DNA of 63,386 nucleotides, the filler included. It is 8 parts of 8 records of this genome, joined end to end, with 100 filler letters (N's around TTAATTAATTAA, not from the genome) between each part and the next. Parts side by side here need not be neighbours in the genome. Positions count along the whole stretch, not along the records: positions 48,709 to 57,739 come from SRR31156797_43093; positions 57,840 to 63,386 come from SRR31156797_43099; 6 more parts are not named here. One strand, 5' to 3'. Below, one piece after another: positions 50,787 to 60,382 of the stretch. The notes beneath the pieces were generated by a model. That model was not told the DNA's origin. It worked only from the letters and a program-made list of their open reading frames with translations, and did no database searches. Numbering within the stretch: position 1 is the stretch's first letter; each line of letters starts with the position of its first letter. The position numbers and the translations under genes are program-made.

Positions 50787-51872
50787 ATGATGATAAATAA
50801 AAACAGTTTTCTCAAGATGTTATTGGTTGCCGTCCTTTGTATATCCGTATCCGTACTCTTTTTGCCCGAGAGCGAGGCAGGCAAATACAAGAAGGAGTAC
50901 AAAATGACGCTTAACGTTGGGCCTCAATTCTACTGGGGGATGGGGGCTGTTAAGTTTGTGGAATTGGTGAAGCAGAAAACAAAGGGACAGATCAATATCA
51001 AACCCTATTTCGGCAGCGCGCTTCTCAAGGGGGCGCAATTGAAATCGCCGCAAATGGTCGCCAAAGGGGTGATTGACTGCGCCTATGAATCCACCATTAA
51101 TTCCGCTTCGGTCATACCTGAAATGAATATTTTCTCCCTCCCGTTTTTTATCAATAACTTTGAAAACCTCGATAAAATGGAATATGGCGAAACCGGAAAA
51201 GCCATATTCAAGGCCATGGATAAAAAGGGGCTGGTGGGGCTTGCATGGGCGGAGAACGGATTCAGGCAGGTTACAAACAGCAAGAGGGCCATTAAGAGAC
51301 CCGAGGACCTCAAGGGATTGAGACTCCGGGTTGTGGGGAGCCCCATCTTTATCGACACCTTCAGGAAATTGGGCGCCGACCCGGTCAATATGAACTGGGG
51401 AGACGCGGTAACCGCTTTCCAGCAGGGTGTTGTGGACGGCCAGGAGAACCCCGTGGGTGTTCTTGTCCCGGTGCAGATCTGGCAATACCACAAATATGCC
51501 ACCCTATGGAACTACCTTGTGGATCCTGTGATCGTTTACTGGAATAAAAAGGAATGGAATGCCTTCCCCAAGGATATTCAAAAGGCGATCCGCGAGGCCG
51601 CCGTGGAATCGGCCAGATTTGAAAAGGCCCTGTGTCGCGCGGGACTCGATGGGGATATATCCTTAAACATCCTGAAGAATGAATTCAACTATACCATGAA
51701 GGTCCCCGAACCCATCAAATTCATGGAGAGTAAAGGGATGACGGTGACCTCCCTTACGGATGATGAGCGAAACGCCTTTATGGATGCCACACGGCCTCTC
51801 TATGAAAAATGGGTCCCAAAGATAGGAAAGGGCCTGTATGAAAAGGCCAAGGCCGATATGGGAAAAAGGTAG
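50787..51872 (+). CDS. dctP: TRAP transporter substrate-binding protein
   Basis: ENGFRQ, DLKGLRLRV and VDGQENP motifs; signal peptide. Confidence 0.93.
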   Translation: MMINKNSFLKMLLVAVLCISVSVLFLPESEAGKYKKEYKMTLNVGPQFYWGMGAVKFVELVKQKTKGQINIKPYFGSALLKGAQLKSPQMVAKGVIDCAYESTINSASVIPEMNIFSLPFFINNFENLDKMEYGETGKAIFKAMDKKGLVGLAWAENGFRQVTNSKRAIKRPEDLKGLRLRVVGSPIFIDTFRKLGADPVNMNWGDAVTAFQQGVVDGQENPVGVLVPVQIWQYHKYATLWNYLVDPVIVYWNKKEWNAFPKDIQKAIREAAVESARFEKALCRAGLDGDISLNILKNEFNYTMKVPEPIKFMESKGMTVTSLTDDERNAFMDATRPLYEKWVPKIGKGLYEKAKADMGKR

Positions 51873-51888
51873 GTTTCCGGCTTGAATT

Positions 51889-51927
51889 TTGGTACGTCCG
51901 GGAAATAACCTTTTACGGGCGTACCAA
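51889..51927 (+). other. Intercistronic stem-loop after dctP
   Basis: TTGGTACGTCCG...CGGGCGTACCAA. Confidence 0.5.
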
Positions 51928-51968
51928 GGCTATTTTGGTTTTACGTTTTGAACCCATGAGGATAATCC

Positions 51969-52460
51969 ATGGCCCGGACAAAACAGCACATCAGAATCGA
52001 CCATTGGATAGCCGCAATTCTGCTTTTTACCATGGCATCCATCGCCTTTATTAATGTGCTCAGTCGCTACCTGTTTCATTTTTCATTTGCCGCGACCGAA
52101 GAGATTACCATCAATCTCTTTGTCTGGCTGACCGTTGTGGGTTCCGGAATCGCCTTTGAACGGGGCGCCCAGCTTGGAATGGTAACCCTTTATAATATTT
52201 TCCCCGGGAAATTCAAAAAGGTCGTCATCTTCCTTGCATCCGGACTGAGCGCCGTCCTCTTCCTCCTGGTTGATATTTATATGATACAGGCCATATATGA
52301 TGAATTAACCCTTTTCCAAGCAACATCGGCGGCTTTGGCCATCCCCGTATGGATCTATTACATCGGCGTTCCCATATTCTCTGTTTTTGTGTTCAGGGGC
52401 ATCTACAGGGATGCCTTCTCCAAATTAAGGGGACTTGAGAGCGAGGGGACAAACGAATAA
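51969..52460 (+). CDS. dctQ: TRAP transporter small permease
   Basis: Four TMs, NVLSRY...EEI motif; between dctP and dctM. Confidence 0.9.
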   Translation: MARTKQHIRIDHWIAAILLFTMASIAFINVLSRYLFHFSFAATEEITINLFVWLTVVGSGIAFERGAQLGMVTLYNIFPGKFKKVVIFLASGLSAVLFLLVDIYMIQAIYDELTLFQATSAALAIPVWIYYIGVPIFSVFVFRGIYRDAFSKLRGLESEGTNE

Positions 52461-53749
52461 TGGAGATCTTGCTTATTTCCATGGTGTTTCTACTCCTGAT
52501 GGCCCTGGGTGTCCCCATCGGAACGTGCCTCGGGATTGCCGCCGTGGTCACCATCATCCAGTTTGATCTGGGCATAGGGATGCTGGGGGTGAATTTCAGC
52601 ACGGGGATTGCGTCGTTTCCCCTCCTTGCGATCCCCTTTTTCGTTTTAGCCGGGGTTATTCTTGAAAAGGCGGGCTTGGCCGCCACCATCGCCCGTTTCT
52701 TTGAGCTGCTGGTGGGTAAGATGGTGGGCGGCCTGGCAATGGTGGCCGTATTTACATGCATGTTCTGGGGGGCGCTTTCAGGGTCGGGTCCCGCCACTAC
52801 CGCGGCGGTTGGGTTAATCCTTCTTGCCCCCATGGTGAAGCATGGATACGACAAGAGCTTTGCCGGCGCCACAATCGCCAATTCATCCGATCTCTCCATC
52901 ATCATACCACCGAGCATTGCGTTCATTATTTATGGAAACATCACCAGCGTCTCGGTGAGCGCCCTTTTTGTGGCGGGGATTATCCCCGGTCTGATCACGG
53001 GAGTGGGAACGGTTCTTGTTGCATACCTCATTTCAAGGAAGCGGGGGTATAAAGGCCTCAAAAAGAGAGGGACCCCGAAAGAGATCCTCACCGCCCTCAA
53101 AGAATCCATCTGGGCCATCCTCACGCCGATTATTATCCTGGGGGGTATTTACGCCGGAATATTTACACCCACCGAGGCAGCGGTTGTGGCCGTTTTTTAC
53201 TCCCTTTTTGTGGCGGTTTTTGTTTACCGCTCCATATCGTGGCGTGATCTTATCAGGATACTGGTGGATGCCAGCGTCACCAGTTCCGTGATTATGTTTC
53301 TTGTGGTATTTGCGGGGATCTTTACCTGGGCCGCATCGGTGATAGGGATTATCGATTTGACGGCCAACGCCATTATCAAGATATCACCCAATGCCGCGGT
53401 CATGATCATCCTGGTGAATTTGCTCCTGTTGGCCCTCGGCATGATATTGGATGCCATCTCCATCTCTTATCTGATCATGCCGATCCTCATGCCGGTTTTG
53501 GCCGCATTCGGCATAGACCCCCTGTGGTACGGCGTTATTTTTATTTCAGCACTCGCCATCGGCCAGGCAACCCCCCCGGTGGGGGTCAATCTTTTTACCG
53601 CGGCCAACCTCATAAAAGGAGACGTGGACGCCGTGGCCAAACAGGCGATCCCCTTCGTCATTATGGATGCCGTTGTTTTGATTATTCTCTCCCTGTTTCC
53701 CATACTCTCTTTGTATCTGCCGATCAAATCGGGACTGTATACACCCTAA
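52460..53749 (+). CDS. dctM: TRAP transporter large permease
   Basis: AIPFFVLAG, IIPPSI, GIFTPTEAA and TPPVGVNLF motifs. Confidence 0.95.
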   Translation: MEILLISMVFLLLMALGVPIGTCLGIAAVVTIIQFDLGIGMLGVNFSTGIASFPLLAIPFFVLAGVILEKAGLAATIARFFELLVGKMVGGLAMVAVFTCMFWGALSGSGPATTAAVGLILLAPMVKHGYDKSFAGATIANSSDLSIIIPPSIAFIIYGNITSVSVSALFVAGIIPGLITGVGTVLVAYLISRKRGYKGLKKRGTPKEILTALKESIWAILTPIIILGGIYAGIFTPTEAAVVAVFYSLFVAVFVYRSISWRDLIRILVDASVTSSVIMFLVVFAGIFTWAASVIGIIDLTANAIIKISPNAAVMIILVNLLLLALGMILDAISISYLIMPILMPVLAAFGIDPLWYGVIFISALAIGQATPPVGVNLFTAANLIKGDVDAVAKQAIPFVIMDAVVLIILSLFPILSLYLPIKSGLYTP

Positions 53750-53755
53750 AATAAG

Positions 53756-54565
53756 ATGGCGGCGTCATTGTTTATCATAAAAATGGTGGTTACGGTGATG
53801 GTGGTATTGCTGCTTTCCCTTGTGGCGGAGCGTGTGAGCCCCAGGGTCGCCGGTATCCTGGCCGGTTATCCTTTGGGGGCCGCCATTGCCTTATTCTTTA
53901 TCGGTCTTGAGATCAGTCCTGAATTTGCCTCAAACAGTGCCGTATATACCATGATGGGGTTGGTTGCCACCCAGTCTTTTGTCTATTTTTATTTCAAATC
54001 CACCCTTTTTTTTAAGCGCTTTGCTGTTTTTAATTCTACATTTTTTGCCACTTCCGGATATTTTATGGTGATCTGGCTTTTGCACTTTATCAGGCCCAAT
54101 CGATTTCTGGCCCTGTTGATACCGATCGCTTCCATATTTTTATTTGTCTATTTATTCAAGGAAATAAAGAATGCAACCATACAAAACAAGATAAAACTGA
54201 CGCCGGGAATTTTATTCTTTCGGGCCGTTCTGGCGGCCTTCATCATTCTGCTCATTACAGGGTCGGCAAAATTCGTCGGGGCCCGCTGGGCCGGGCTTTT
54301 CTCCGCCTTTCCCATCGCCCTGCTGCCCCTGATATTAATTGTACACCTGACCTATGACCAAGAGCACGTTCACACCATCATAAAAAATTTTCCCCTGGGC
54401 CTGGGCTCTTTAATCGTATATTCCTTATGCGTATCCATTGTTTATCCCATCAACGGCATTTATATGGGGACGTTCATATCCCTGGCGGCGGCGACCCTCT
54501 ACCTGCTTGTTTTTCGTTTGGCTGCCGAACGGGTGGATCGATACCGTAAACGGAGGCATCATTGA
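53756..54565 (+). CDS. Polytopic membrane protein of unknown function (two internally similar halves)
   Basis: GILAGYP and GLFSAFP repeated motif; about 8 TMs. Confidence 0.7.
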   Translation: MAASLFIIKMVVTVMVVLLLSLVAERVSPRVAGILAGYPLGAAIALFFIGLEISPEFASNSAVYTMMGLVATQSFVYFYFKSTLFFKRFAVFNSTFFATSGYFMVIWLLHFIRPNRFLALLIPIASIFLFVYLFKEIKNATIQNKIKLTPGILFFRAVLAAFIILLITGSAKFVGARWAGLFSAFPIALLPLILIVHLTYDQEHVHTIIKNFPLGLGSLIVYSLCVSIVYPINGIYMGTFISLAAATLYLLVFRLAAERVDRYRKRRHH

Positions 54566-55533
54566 TGACCCAACAGAATCAGACATATTTATCCTACTAC
54601 CAAAAAATGGTGACCATTCGCGAATTTGAGACGATGGCCGGCCGACTGTTTGCCGCATCGAAAATTCCGGGGTTTATCCATCTCTCCATCGGCCAGGAGG
54701 CCTCGGCCGTGGGGGTCTGCTCGTGTTTGCGGGCTGACGACTACCTGACCACCACCCATCGCGGGCATGGGCACATGATCGGCAAAGGGGCCGATTTAAA
54801 AAAAATGACGGCTGAATTGTTCGGTAAGAAGACGGGCTATTGTAAAGGTAAAGGCGGCTCCATGCACATCGCCGATTTTTCGTTGGGTATTCTGGGCGCC
54901 AACGGGGTGGTGGGTGGCGGATTGCCCATTATCACCGGGGCCGGGTTTTCCATTAAAATGAGAAAAACCGATCAGGTGGCGGTTTGCTTTTTCGGCGACG
55001 GGGCCGCCAATCGCGGCACGGTACATGAGGCCATGAATATGGCCTCCATCTGGAAGTTACCGGTGCTCTTTGTGGTGGAAAACAATCAATACGCTTCGAC
55101 GACGCCCCAGCGCTACGCCTGTTCCGTGAGAGATATCAGCAGCCGTGCCGCCGCTTACGGTATGCCCGGGGTGACGGTGGACGGCAATGATGTGCTTAAA
55201 GTCCGGGACGTCGCTTCAGCAGCGGTGGACCGGGCTCGCAGGGGGGAGGGGCCCAGTCTCATGGAAAACAAAACCTACCGGTTCCGTGGACATTATGAGG
55301 GGGATCCCCAGGAATATCGCAACGAAACGGAAACTGCGGACTGGGAAAATAATAACGATCCCATCAAGCGGTTTGCCGATTATCTGACCCGAAATCATAT
55401 TTTAACCCCCCAATTGAACCGACGGATCCGTGACCGGGTGGCGGCGGAACTGGAAGATGCCGTAGCATTTTCTGAAGAGAGCCCTTTCCCGGATCCGCCG
55501 GAAGCGTTGCAAGACCTGTTCGTGAATCACTAA
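54565..55533 (+). CDS. TPP-dependent dehydrogenase E1 alpha (AcoA/PdhA-like)
   Basis: GFIHLSIGQEA, GKGGSMH, GDG...ENN and TYRFRGH motifs. Confidence 0.92.
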   Translation: MTQQNQTYLSYYQKMVTIREFETMAGRLFAASKIPGFIHLSIGQEASAVGVCSCLRADDYLTTTHRGHGHMIGKGADLKKMTAELFGKKTGYCKGKGGSMHIADFSLGILGANGVVGGGLPIITGAGFSIKMRKTDQVAVCFFGDGAANRGTVHEAMNMASIWKLPVLFVVENNQYASTTPQRYACSVRDISSRAAAYGMPGVTVDGNDVLKVRDVASAAVDRARRGEGPSLMENKTYRFRGHYEGDPQEYRNETETADWENNNDPIKRFADYLTRNHILTPQLNRRIRDRVAAELEDAVAFSEESPFPDPPEALQDLFVNH

Positions 55534-55552
55534 CGCCAAGAGGAATTCTATC

Positions 55553-56533
55553 ATGACTGATCGCATAATGACCTGTTCGGCCGCGCTGGCCGAAGCCCTG
55601 CACGAAGAGATGACCCGGGACGAGACCCTATTTATCCTGGGGGAGGACCTGACGGCCCATGCCGGCGTATTCGGTCAGTTTAAGGGAATCCCTGAAAATT
55701 TCCCGGGTCGCATCATTGACACGCCCATCAGCGAAACGGGGATTGTCGGTGTCGGACTGGGCGCGGCCCTGACCGGCATGCGGCCCTTTGTTGATCTGCA
55801 TTTTGCTGATTTTACCACCTGCTGCATGGATGAACTGACCAACCAAACAGCCAAAATCCGTTACATGTTCGGCGGTCAGGTGAGGGTTCCCATGGTGGTC
55901 TGGTGCCCGGACGGCGCCGGCCTGAGAGCGGCGGCCCAGCACTCTCAATCCCTGGAAGCCTGGTTCGTTCACACCCCCGGGCTCAAGGTGGTTGTGCCCG
56001 GTGAGCCGGCGGACGTTAAAGGCCTCATAAAATCGGCCATCCGCGATGATGATCCGGTCATGGTTTTCCAGCACAAGAAGTTTTTTGCAACAGAGGGGCC
56101 GGTACCGGATAGGGATTTCACCATCCCTCTGGGGAAGGCCGCTATCAAACGGTCGGGCAGGGACGTCACCTTATTGAGTTACGGTTCCGGTTTTTTCCTC
56201 TGCAAAGATACCCTTGGCGAACTCGGAAAGCTGAATATCGACGCCGAACTGGTCGATTTGAGGACCCTCAAGCCTCTGGATATGGCGCTGGTGGCCGAAT
56301 CCATCCAAAAAACTCATCGGGCCGTGATTGTTCACGAAGCCTGTTTGACCGGTGGATTCGGAGCGGAACTGGCTGCCGGGATCCAGGAGGAGTTGTTTGA
56401 TTACCTGGATGCCCCCATCAAACGCGTGGCGGCCAAAGATTGTCCCATACCGTTTTCGCCACCCCTTGAAGATTATGTGTTGCCCAAGGTGTCCGAAGTG
56501 GTCGAGGCGGTGCGGGCAGTCACGTACCGGTAG
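55553..56533 (+). CDS. TPP-dependent dehydrogenase E1 beta (AcoB/PdhB-like)
   Basis: GEDL, DTPISE, AAQHSQSLEAWF and DLRTLKPLD motifs. Confidence 0.92.
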   Translation: MTDRIMTCSAALAEALHEEMTRDETLFILGEDLTAHAGVFGQFKGIPENFPGRIIDTPISETGIVGVGLGAALTGMRPFVDLHFADFTTCCMDELTNQTAKIRYMFGGQVRVPMVVWCPDGAGLRAAAQHSQSLEAWFVHTPGLKVVVPGEPADVKGLIKSAIRDDDPVMVFQHKKFFATEGPVPDRDFTIPLGKAAIKRSGRDVTLLSYGSGFFLCKDTLGELGKLNIDAELVDLRTLKPLDMALVAESIQKTHRAVIVHEACLTGGFGAELAAGIQEELFDYLDAPIKRVAAKDCPIPFSPPLEDYVLPKVSEVVEAVRAVTYR

Positions 56534-56579
56534 AATGAGCTCCATCAAATGCCGACGGGATGGATCCATTCCGTTCATG

Positions 56580-57407
56580 TCATAGGAAAAGCTCAGGCTC
56601 CTTTCTTTCCCGGCAGATCTCATACAAATGGTGAATCGCCTTGGTAAAATTCGGTTCCGTCATTTGCCGGGCCCCCGAAGGGCAGTTTCGGATGCAGGCA
56701 AAACAGATGGAACACCCCCATCGGTCCGTCAAGACCTCGCCGTTCAGGGAAACGGCCCCCGACGGACAGACCTCGACGCATCGGCCGCATTGGATGCACA
56801 ATTCCCCATCCGTCTCAGGCGTCAAGGGAACGGATTTTCGCGCCTCCTTGAGCATGATCAGGTTTTGGGGCGTCACATAGGGCACATTTCCGGGAACCTT
56901 GAGGGCTTCCGCCGAATGGGGCGACTCAAGGAGTTCGAATTTTTCCCGAACCCTTGCGCCGAACCTCAGGGCCTTTGCCAGATCCTCCGAATCGGGCCGG
57001 TCTTTGGCGATGGGGCGTTGGGCTGTGGAATAGGAGTGTTCGGCGATAAAGGCCCCTGCCGCCACCGGAACGAATCCGTCCGCAACCGCAATATCGTTCA
57101 ATTCCCTGAGGGCGTCATCATATTCCCTGTTTCCATAGACCGCCACCAGCACAACCGGCGTCTTTTGAGCGGAAAGTTTTGCAAAATAGGGGGTAATTTC
57201 CTCCGGAACCCGTCCATAATAGACCGGTGTGGCGAGGATAACCGGATCATCCTGAAACGCCATTTTTAATTTTTCCCTCTCTGAGCGTTTTGTGCAGTCC
57301 ATCATCTCAATTCTTTCGGTACCCATGCCTTTTGCAATGTGCTCGACAATGGTTTTCGTTGTTCCGGTGGGTGAAAAAAAGATACAGGAAATGGTTTGGA
57401 ATTTCAT
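56580..57407 (-). CDS. EFR1-type flavodoxin-like/4Fe-4S ferredoxin protein
   Basis: FSPTGTT, YGNREYDDAL and two CxxCxxCxxxCP motifs. Confidence 0.88.
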   Translation of the reverse strand: MKFQTISCIFFSPTGTTKTIVEHIAKGMGTERIEMMDCTKRSEREKLKMAFQDDPVILATPVYYGRVPEEITPYFAKLSAQKTPVVLVAVYGNREYDDALRELNDIAVADGFVPVAAGAFIAEHSYSTAQRPIAKDRPDSEDLAKALRFGARVREKFELLESPHSAEALKVPGNVPYVTPQNLIMLKEARKSVPLTPETDGELCIQCGRCVEVCPSGAVSLNGEVLTDRWGCSICFACIRNCPSGARQMTEPNFTKAIHHLYEICRERKEPELFL

Positions 57408-57624
57408 ATGGGGTCTCCTTTATTGCTGGCATTTCTACGAATATCATGCATGCGTCATCCTCTAAAATGCATATGGCATTGAAGTTTGTTTTTTGATCTA
57501 CCCGCCGACGATACACCATGGCGTGTGATTTCAGGTAAGAATAATTGAAATGAAAAAAGAAAACATCCCCCTATCGGGGGATGGGGATCATCTTTTTTGG
57601 GTCATCGCGGATTAGCGTGAGTAC

Positions 57625-57736
57625 TTCCCCGAAGGGGAAACGTCATATGGCCGGTGGTTTCAACCACCGGGAAAGGAGCCAAGATCTTCAAGTCCTGAAA
57701 GGACGGCGGATTCTTCGACGTCGTCCCTTCAGGACT
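57625..57736. repeat. REP-like hairpin cluster
   Basis: TTCCCCGAAGGGGAA; CCGGTGGTTTCAACCACCGG; AGTCCTGAAAGGACG...CGTCCCTTCAGGACT. Confidence 0.6.
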
Positions 57737-57739
57737 CAT

Positions 57740-57839
57740 NNNNNNNNNNNNNNNNNNNNNNNNNNNNNNNNNNNNNNNNNNNNTTAATTAATTAANNNNN
57801 NNNNNNNNNNNNNNNNNNNNNNNNNNNNNNNNNNNNNNN
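57740..57839. other. Artificial contig spacer
   Basis: N-run with TTAATTAATTAA. Confidence 0.98.
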
Positions 57840-57974
57840 CCGGCCAATCCCCAGTTCGGTTTCAAGTTCAGACAGAACCAGACGGGTTCCGGGAAGCTTA
57901 ACGCCGCTGAGAATCATGTCCCTTATCTTCTCGTAGGCCCTCAGGGATTTCATGAATGATTTGTTTTCAGCCAA
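57840..57974 (-). CDS. GntR family regulator (N-terminus only, truncated)
   Basis: AYEKIRDMILSG.KLPGTRLV...LGIGR winged-HTH start. Confidence 0.8.
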
Positions 57975-58101
57975 TTGTCGCGTCCCTTTGATTCAAGCGT
58001 CTATTCTTCATTTACCCTGAATCCATCTAAATTTCAGAATATATTACATAAAAAAGTGACCGTTAGTAGTATGAATGATACCTTTTTGTCAAATGGTCGC
58101 C

Positions 58102-58854
58102 TCAAGGCATCGCGGCGTTTTCATTTTCTGCACATGGATCGGAAAAACCCTTTCGGTTGGTTGCCACCTGGACAATCTCAGTCGCGAGTATTTCGGCCGC
58201 ATCGATACAATCGATGGGCAGATCTCCGCCAAGGGCGCTGAGTTCGGTGCAGGCGACAATCGCCAGGGACGCCCCCCGCTGCTTCAGGTTTTCACAGACA
58301 TCTGCATAACCCGCATGCACGCGACTGCCGGTGTCTCCCTGTTTGACGGCTTTGATAACGTCCAGAAGGCGCTTCTGATGATCCGGATCCGGCCAGACAT
58401 CACTGATGCCCATCGGTTTAAACCGCTTGGCATATAGCCCCGTCATGGCCACCGCCGGTGAAGCCAGTAGGCCCACGTTGCCCTGATCCGGAAAATAGGT
58501 TTTCACATGTCGGGACACCAGGTCAATTAAATTGACGACCGGAATGTCGACGGCATGTGCTACTGCGTCATAGTAGTAATGGGCCGTGTTGCAGGCAATC
58601 ACCAGAAAATCCGCCCCCCAGGATTCCAGCCGCCGGCCCATGTCTGCCATGCATGGCCCCGGGTCTTCTCCATCCCCTTCGATAATCGCCTTTATTCTGG
58701 ATGGCACCTTGGGATTGTTGTCCACGATACAACGGATGTGATCGACGTCATCCAGGGCCGGCGTCAACCGGATGATGCGCTGCATCAGATCAACCGTAGC
58801 CTCCGGGCCCATGCCGCCCAAAATACCGACGATCTTTTCTTTCGGTTCGGTCAT
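58102..58854 (-). CDS. Aspartate/glutamate racemase family protein (candidate cysteate racemase)
   Basis: GILGGMGPEAT; two catalytic Cys motifs, ACNTAH and ACTELS. Confidence 0.9.
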   Translation of the reverse strand: MTEPKEKIVGILGGMGPEATVDLMQRIIRLTPALDDVDHIRCIVDNNPKVPSRIKAIIEGDGEDPGPCMADMGRRLESWGADFLVIACNTAHYYYDAVAHAVDIPVVNLIDLVSRHVKTYFPDQGNVGLLASPAVAMTGLYAKRFKPMGISDVWPDPDHQKRLLDVIKAVKQGDTGSRVHAGYADVCENLKQRGASLAIVACTELSALGGDLPIDCIDAAEILATEIVQVATNRKGFSDPCAENENAAMP

Positions 58855-58916
58855 TCTGTCTTCCATTTGTGTAGAAAATTTGATCAAGAGCCCCCGGCAT
58901 CAGGGGCCCTTTTCAA

Positions 58917-59921
58917 TCAGCCCTGTCTGAAGGTATCCATGTAAGCATACAATGCCGGGGACCCGCCGGTGTGAAGAAAAAGCACATTCGCCCCCTTTGG
59001 GAAATGTCCATTGCGAACGAGGTCGACCAGCCCTGCGGCAGCCTTTCCGGAATAAACCGGGTCCAGAAGAATGGCTTCGGTTTTAGCAAACAACTTGACG
59101 GCCTCAACCATGGCGTCAGTCGGCAGAGAGTATCCAGGTCCCACATACTGGTCAAAACAGACAATCTCCTCACGGGAGACACCCGCCTTTACACCGAGCC
59201 GCTCGGCAAGTTCTACCGACAGGTTGTAAACGATCTCTTCCTGTACCTCCTTCGGCCGAGAGACATTGACCCCGCTGATGGGGATTCCGCCGTTGACACC
59301 AGCCATGCCGACGACCATGCCGGCGTGGGTTCCGGCAGAACCCGACGGAAGGACAATATGATCGACATCAAGTCGCATATCGTTGAGCTGAACCATGGTC
59401 TCTTCCGCACAAACCGCGTACCCCGTGGCACCGATGGGATTGGAAGCGCCACCAGGAACAATATACGGTTTTTTGCCGGCCACCGCCAGTTCATCGGCCT
59501 TTTTACCCATCTCGGCCGCCATGTCGGAACCGCCGGGGACAACGCCAATGCTCTTGACATCAAGCAGTTCAAAAAGAAAATTGTTCCCACTTGCACTCTC
59601 CTTGTAGGAGCCTGCCACGCGCTCTTCGAGAACCAGGTGACAATCCAGGCCTTCCTTGGCGGACCAGGCGGCGGTCAGGCGGCAATGGTTGGATTGGACG
59701 GCACCGCAGGTGATGATTGAATCCTTTCCTTGATCAAGTGCATCGGCAATGCAGAACTCCAGCTTTCTGGTTTTATTGCCGCCGCCGGATCCCGGAAGAA
59801 GGTCATCCCGTTTGACGTACAGATTCACCCCACCGCCCAATGCTTTGCTCAAAGAGGGCATACTCTCGATGGGGGTTGGTCCTTGAAGGTATTTTCTTCT
59901 GGGAAACTTGGTATAATTCAT
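58917..59921 (-). CDS. D-cysteine desulfhydrase/ACC deaminase family PLP lyase (candidate D-cysteate sulfo-lyase)
   Basis: KRDD...GGNKTRKLEF, QSNH, SGSAGTHAG, DPVYSGK and HTGG motifs. Confidence 0.9.
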   Translation of the reverse strand: MNYTKFPRRKYLQGPTPIESMPSLSKALGGGVNLYVKRDDLLPGSGGGNKTRKLEFCIADALDQGKDSIITCGAVQSNHCRLTAAWSAKEGLDCHLVLEERVAGSYKESASGNNFLFELLDVKSIGVVPGGSDMAAEMGKKADELAVAGKKPYIVPGGASNPIGATGYAVCAEETMVQLNDMRLDVDHIVLPSGSAGTHAGMVVGMAGVNGGIPISGVNVSRPKEVQEEIVYNLSVELAERLGVKAGVSREEIVCFDQYVGPGYSLPTDAMVEAVKLFAKTEAILLDPVYSGKAAAGLVDLVRNGHFPKGANVLFLHTGGSPALYAYMDTFRQG

Positions 59922-59991
59922 TGATCTTCCTCTCCTTGCGTATTTTCTACAGCGTTAAAAACGTTTAAAATTCACATTCCCGGCGAATCCG

Positions 59992-60372
59992 TCATAGTTG
60001 AAAAATAGCTTCCACCTCAACATCCGCACCCAATGGCAGTGCCGCCACCTGGAAGGCGCTGCGCGCGGGATAGGGCTCCTTGAAGTATTGGGCGTAAACC
60101 TGGTTGACGGCCTGAAAATCGGCAATATCGGCCAGATAAACGGTGGTCTTGACAGCATTGTCCAAAGTGGTCCCGGCCGCGGTGGCAATGGCTTCGAGAT
60201 TTTTAAACACGATATGGGCCTTCTCTTCGATACTGCCATCGGGGATTTTTCCGGTGGCAGGGTCAATGGGAAGCTGTCCGGAAGTGAACAGCAGACTGCC
60301 GGAAACAACCCCTTGGGAATAGGGGCCGATGGCAGCCGGTGCGTGATCGGTTTGAATCGATTGTTTAGACAT
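59992..60372 (-). CDS. RidA family enamine/imine deaminase
   Basis: APAAIGPYSQG, SGQLP, YPARS and LPLGADVEVE motifs. Confidence 0.93.
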   Translation of the reverse strand: MSKQSIQTDHAPAAIGPYSQGVVSGSLLFTSGQLPIDPATGKIPDGSIEEKAHIVFKNLEAIATAAGTTLDNAVKTTVYLADIADFQAVNQVYAQYFKEPYPARSAFQVAALPLGADVEVEAIFQL

Positions 60373-60382
60373 GATAGGGCTC

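Noticed and set aside
5454-57839. Seven identical TTAATTAATTAA motifs within N-runs
   Set aside because: These are concatenation linkers. ORFs running into X residues and adjacency across the spacers are artefacts, so the archaeal-bacterial mix is not evidence of gene transfer.
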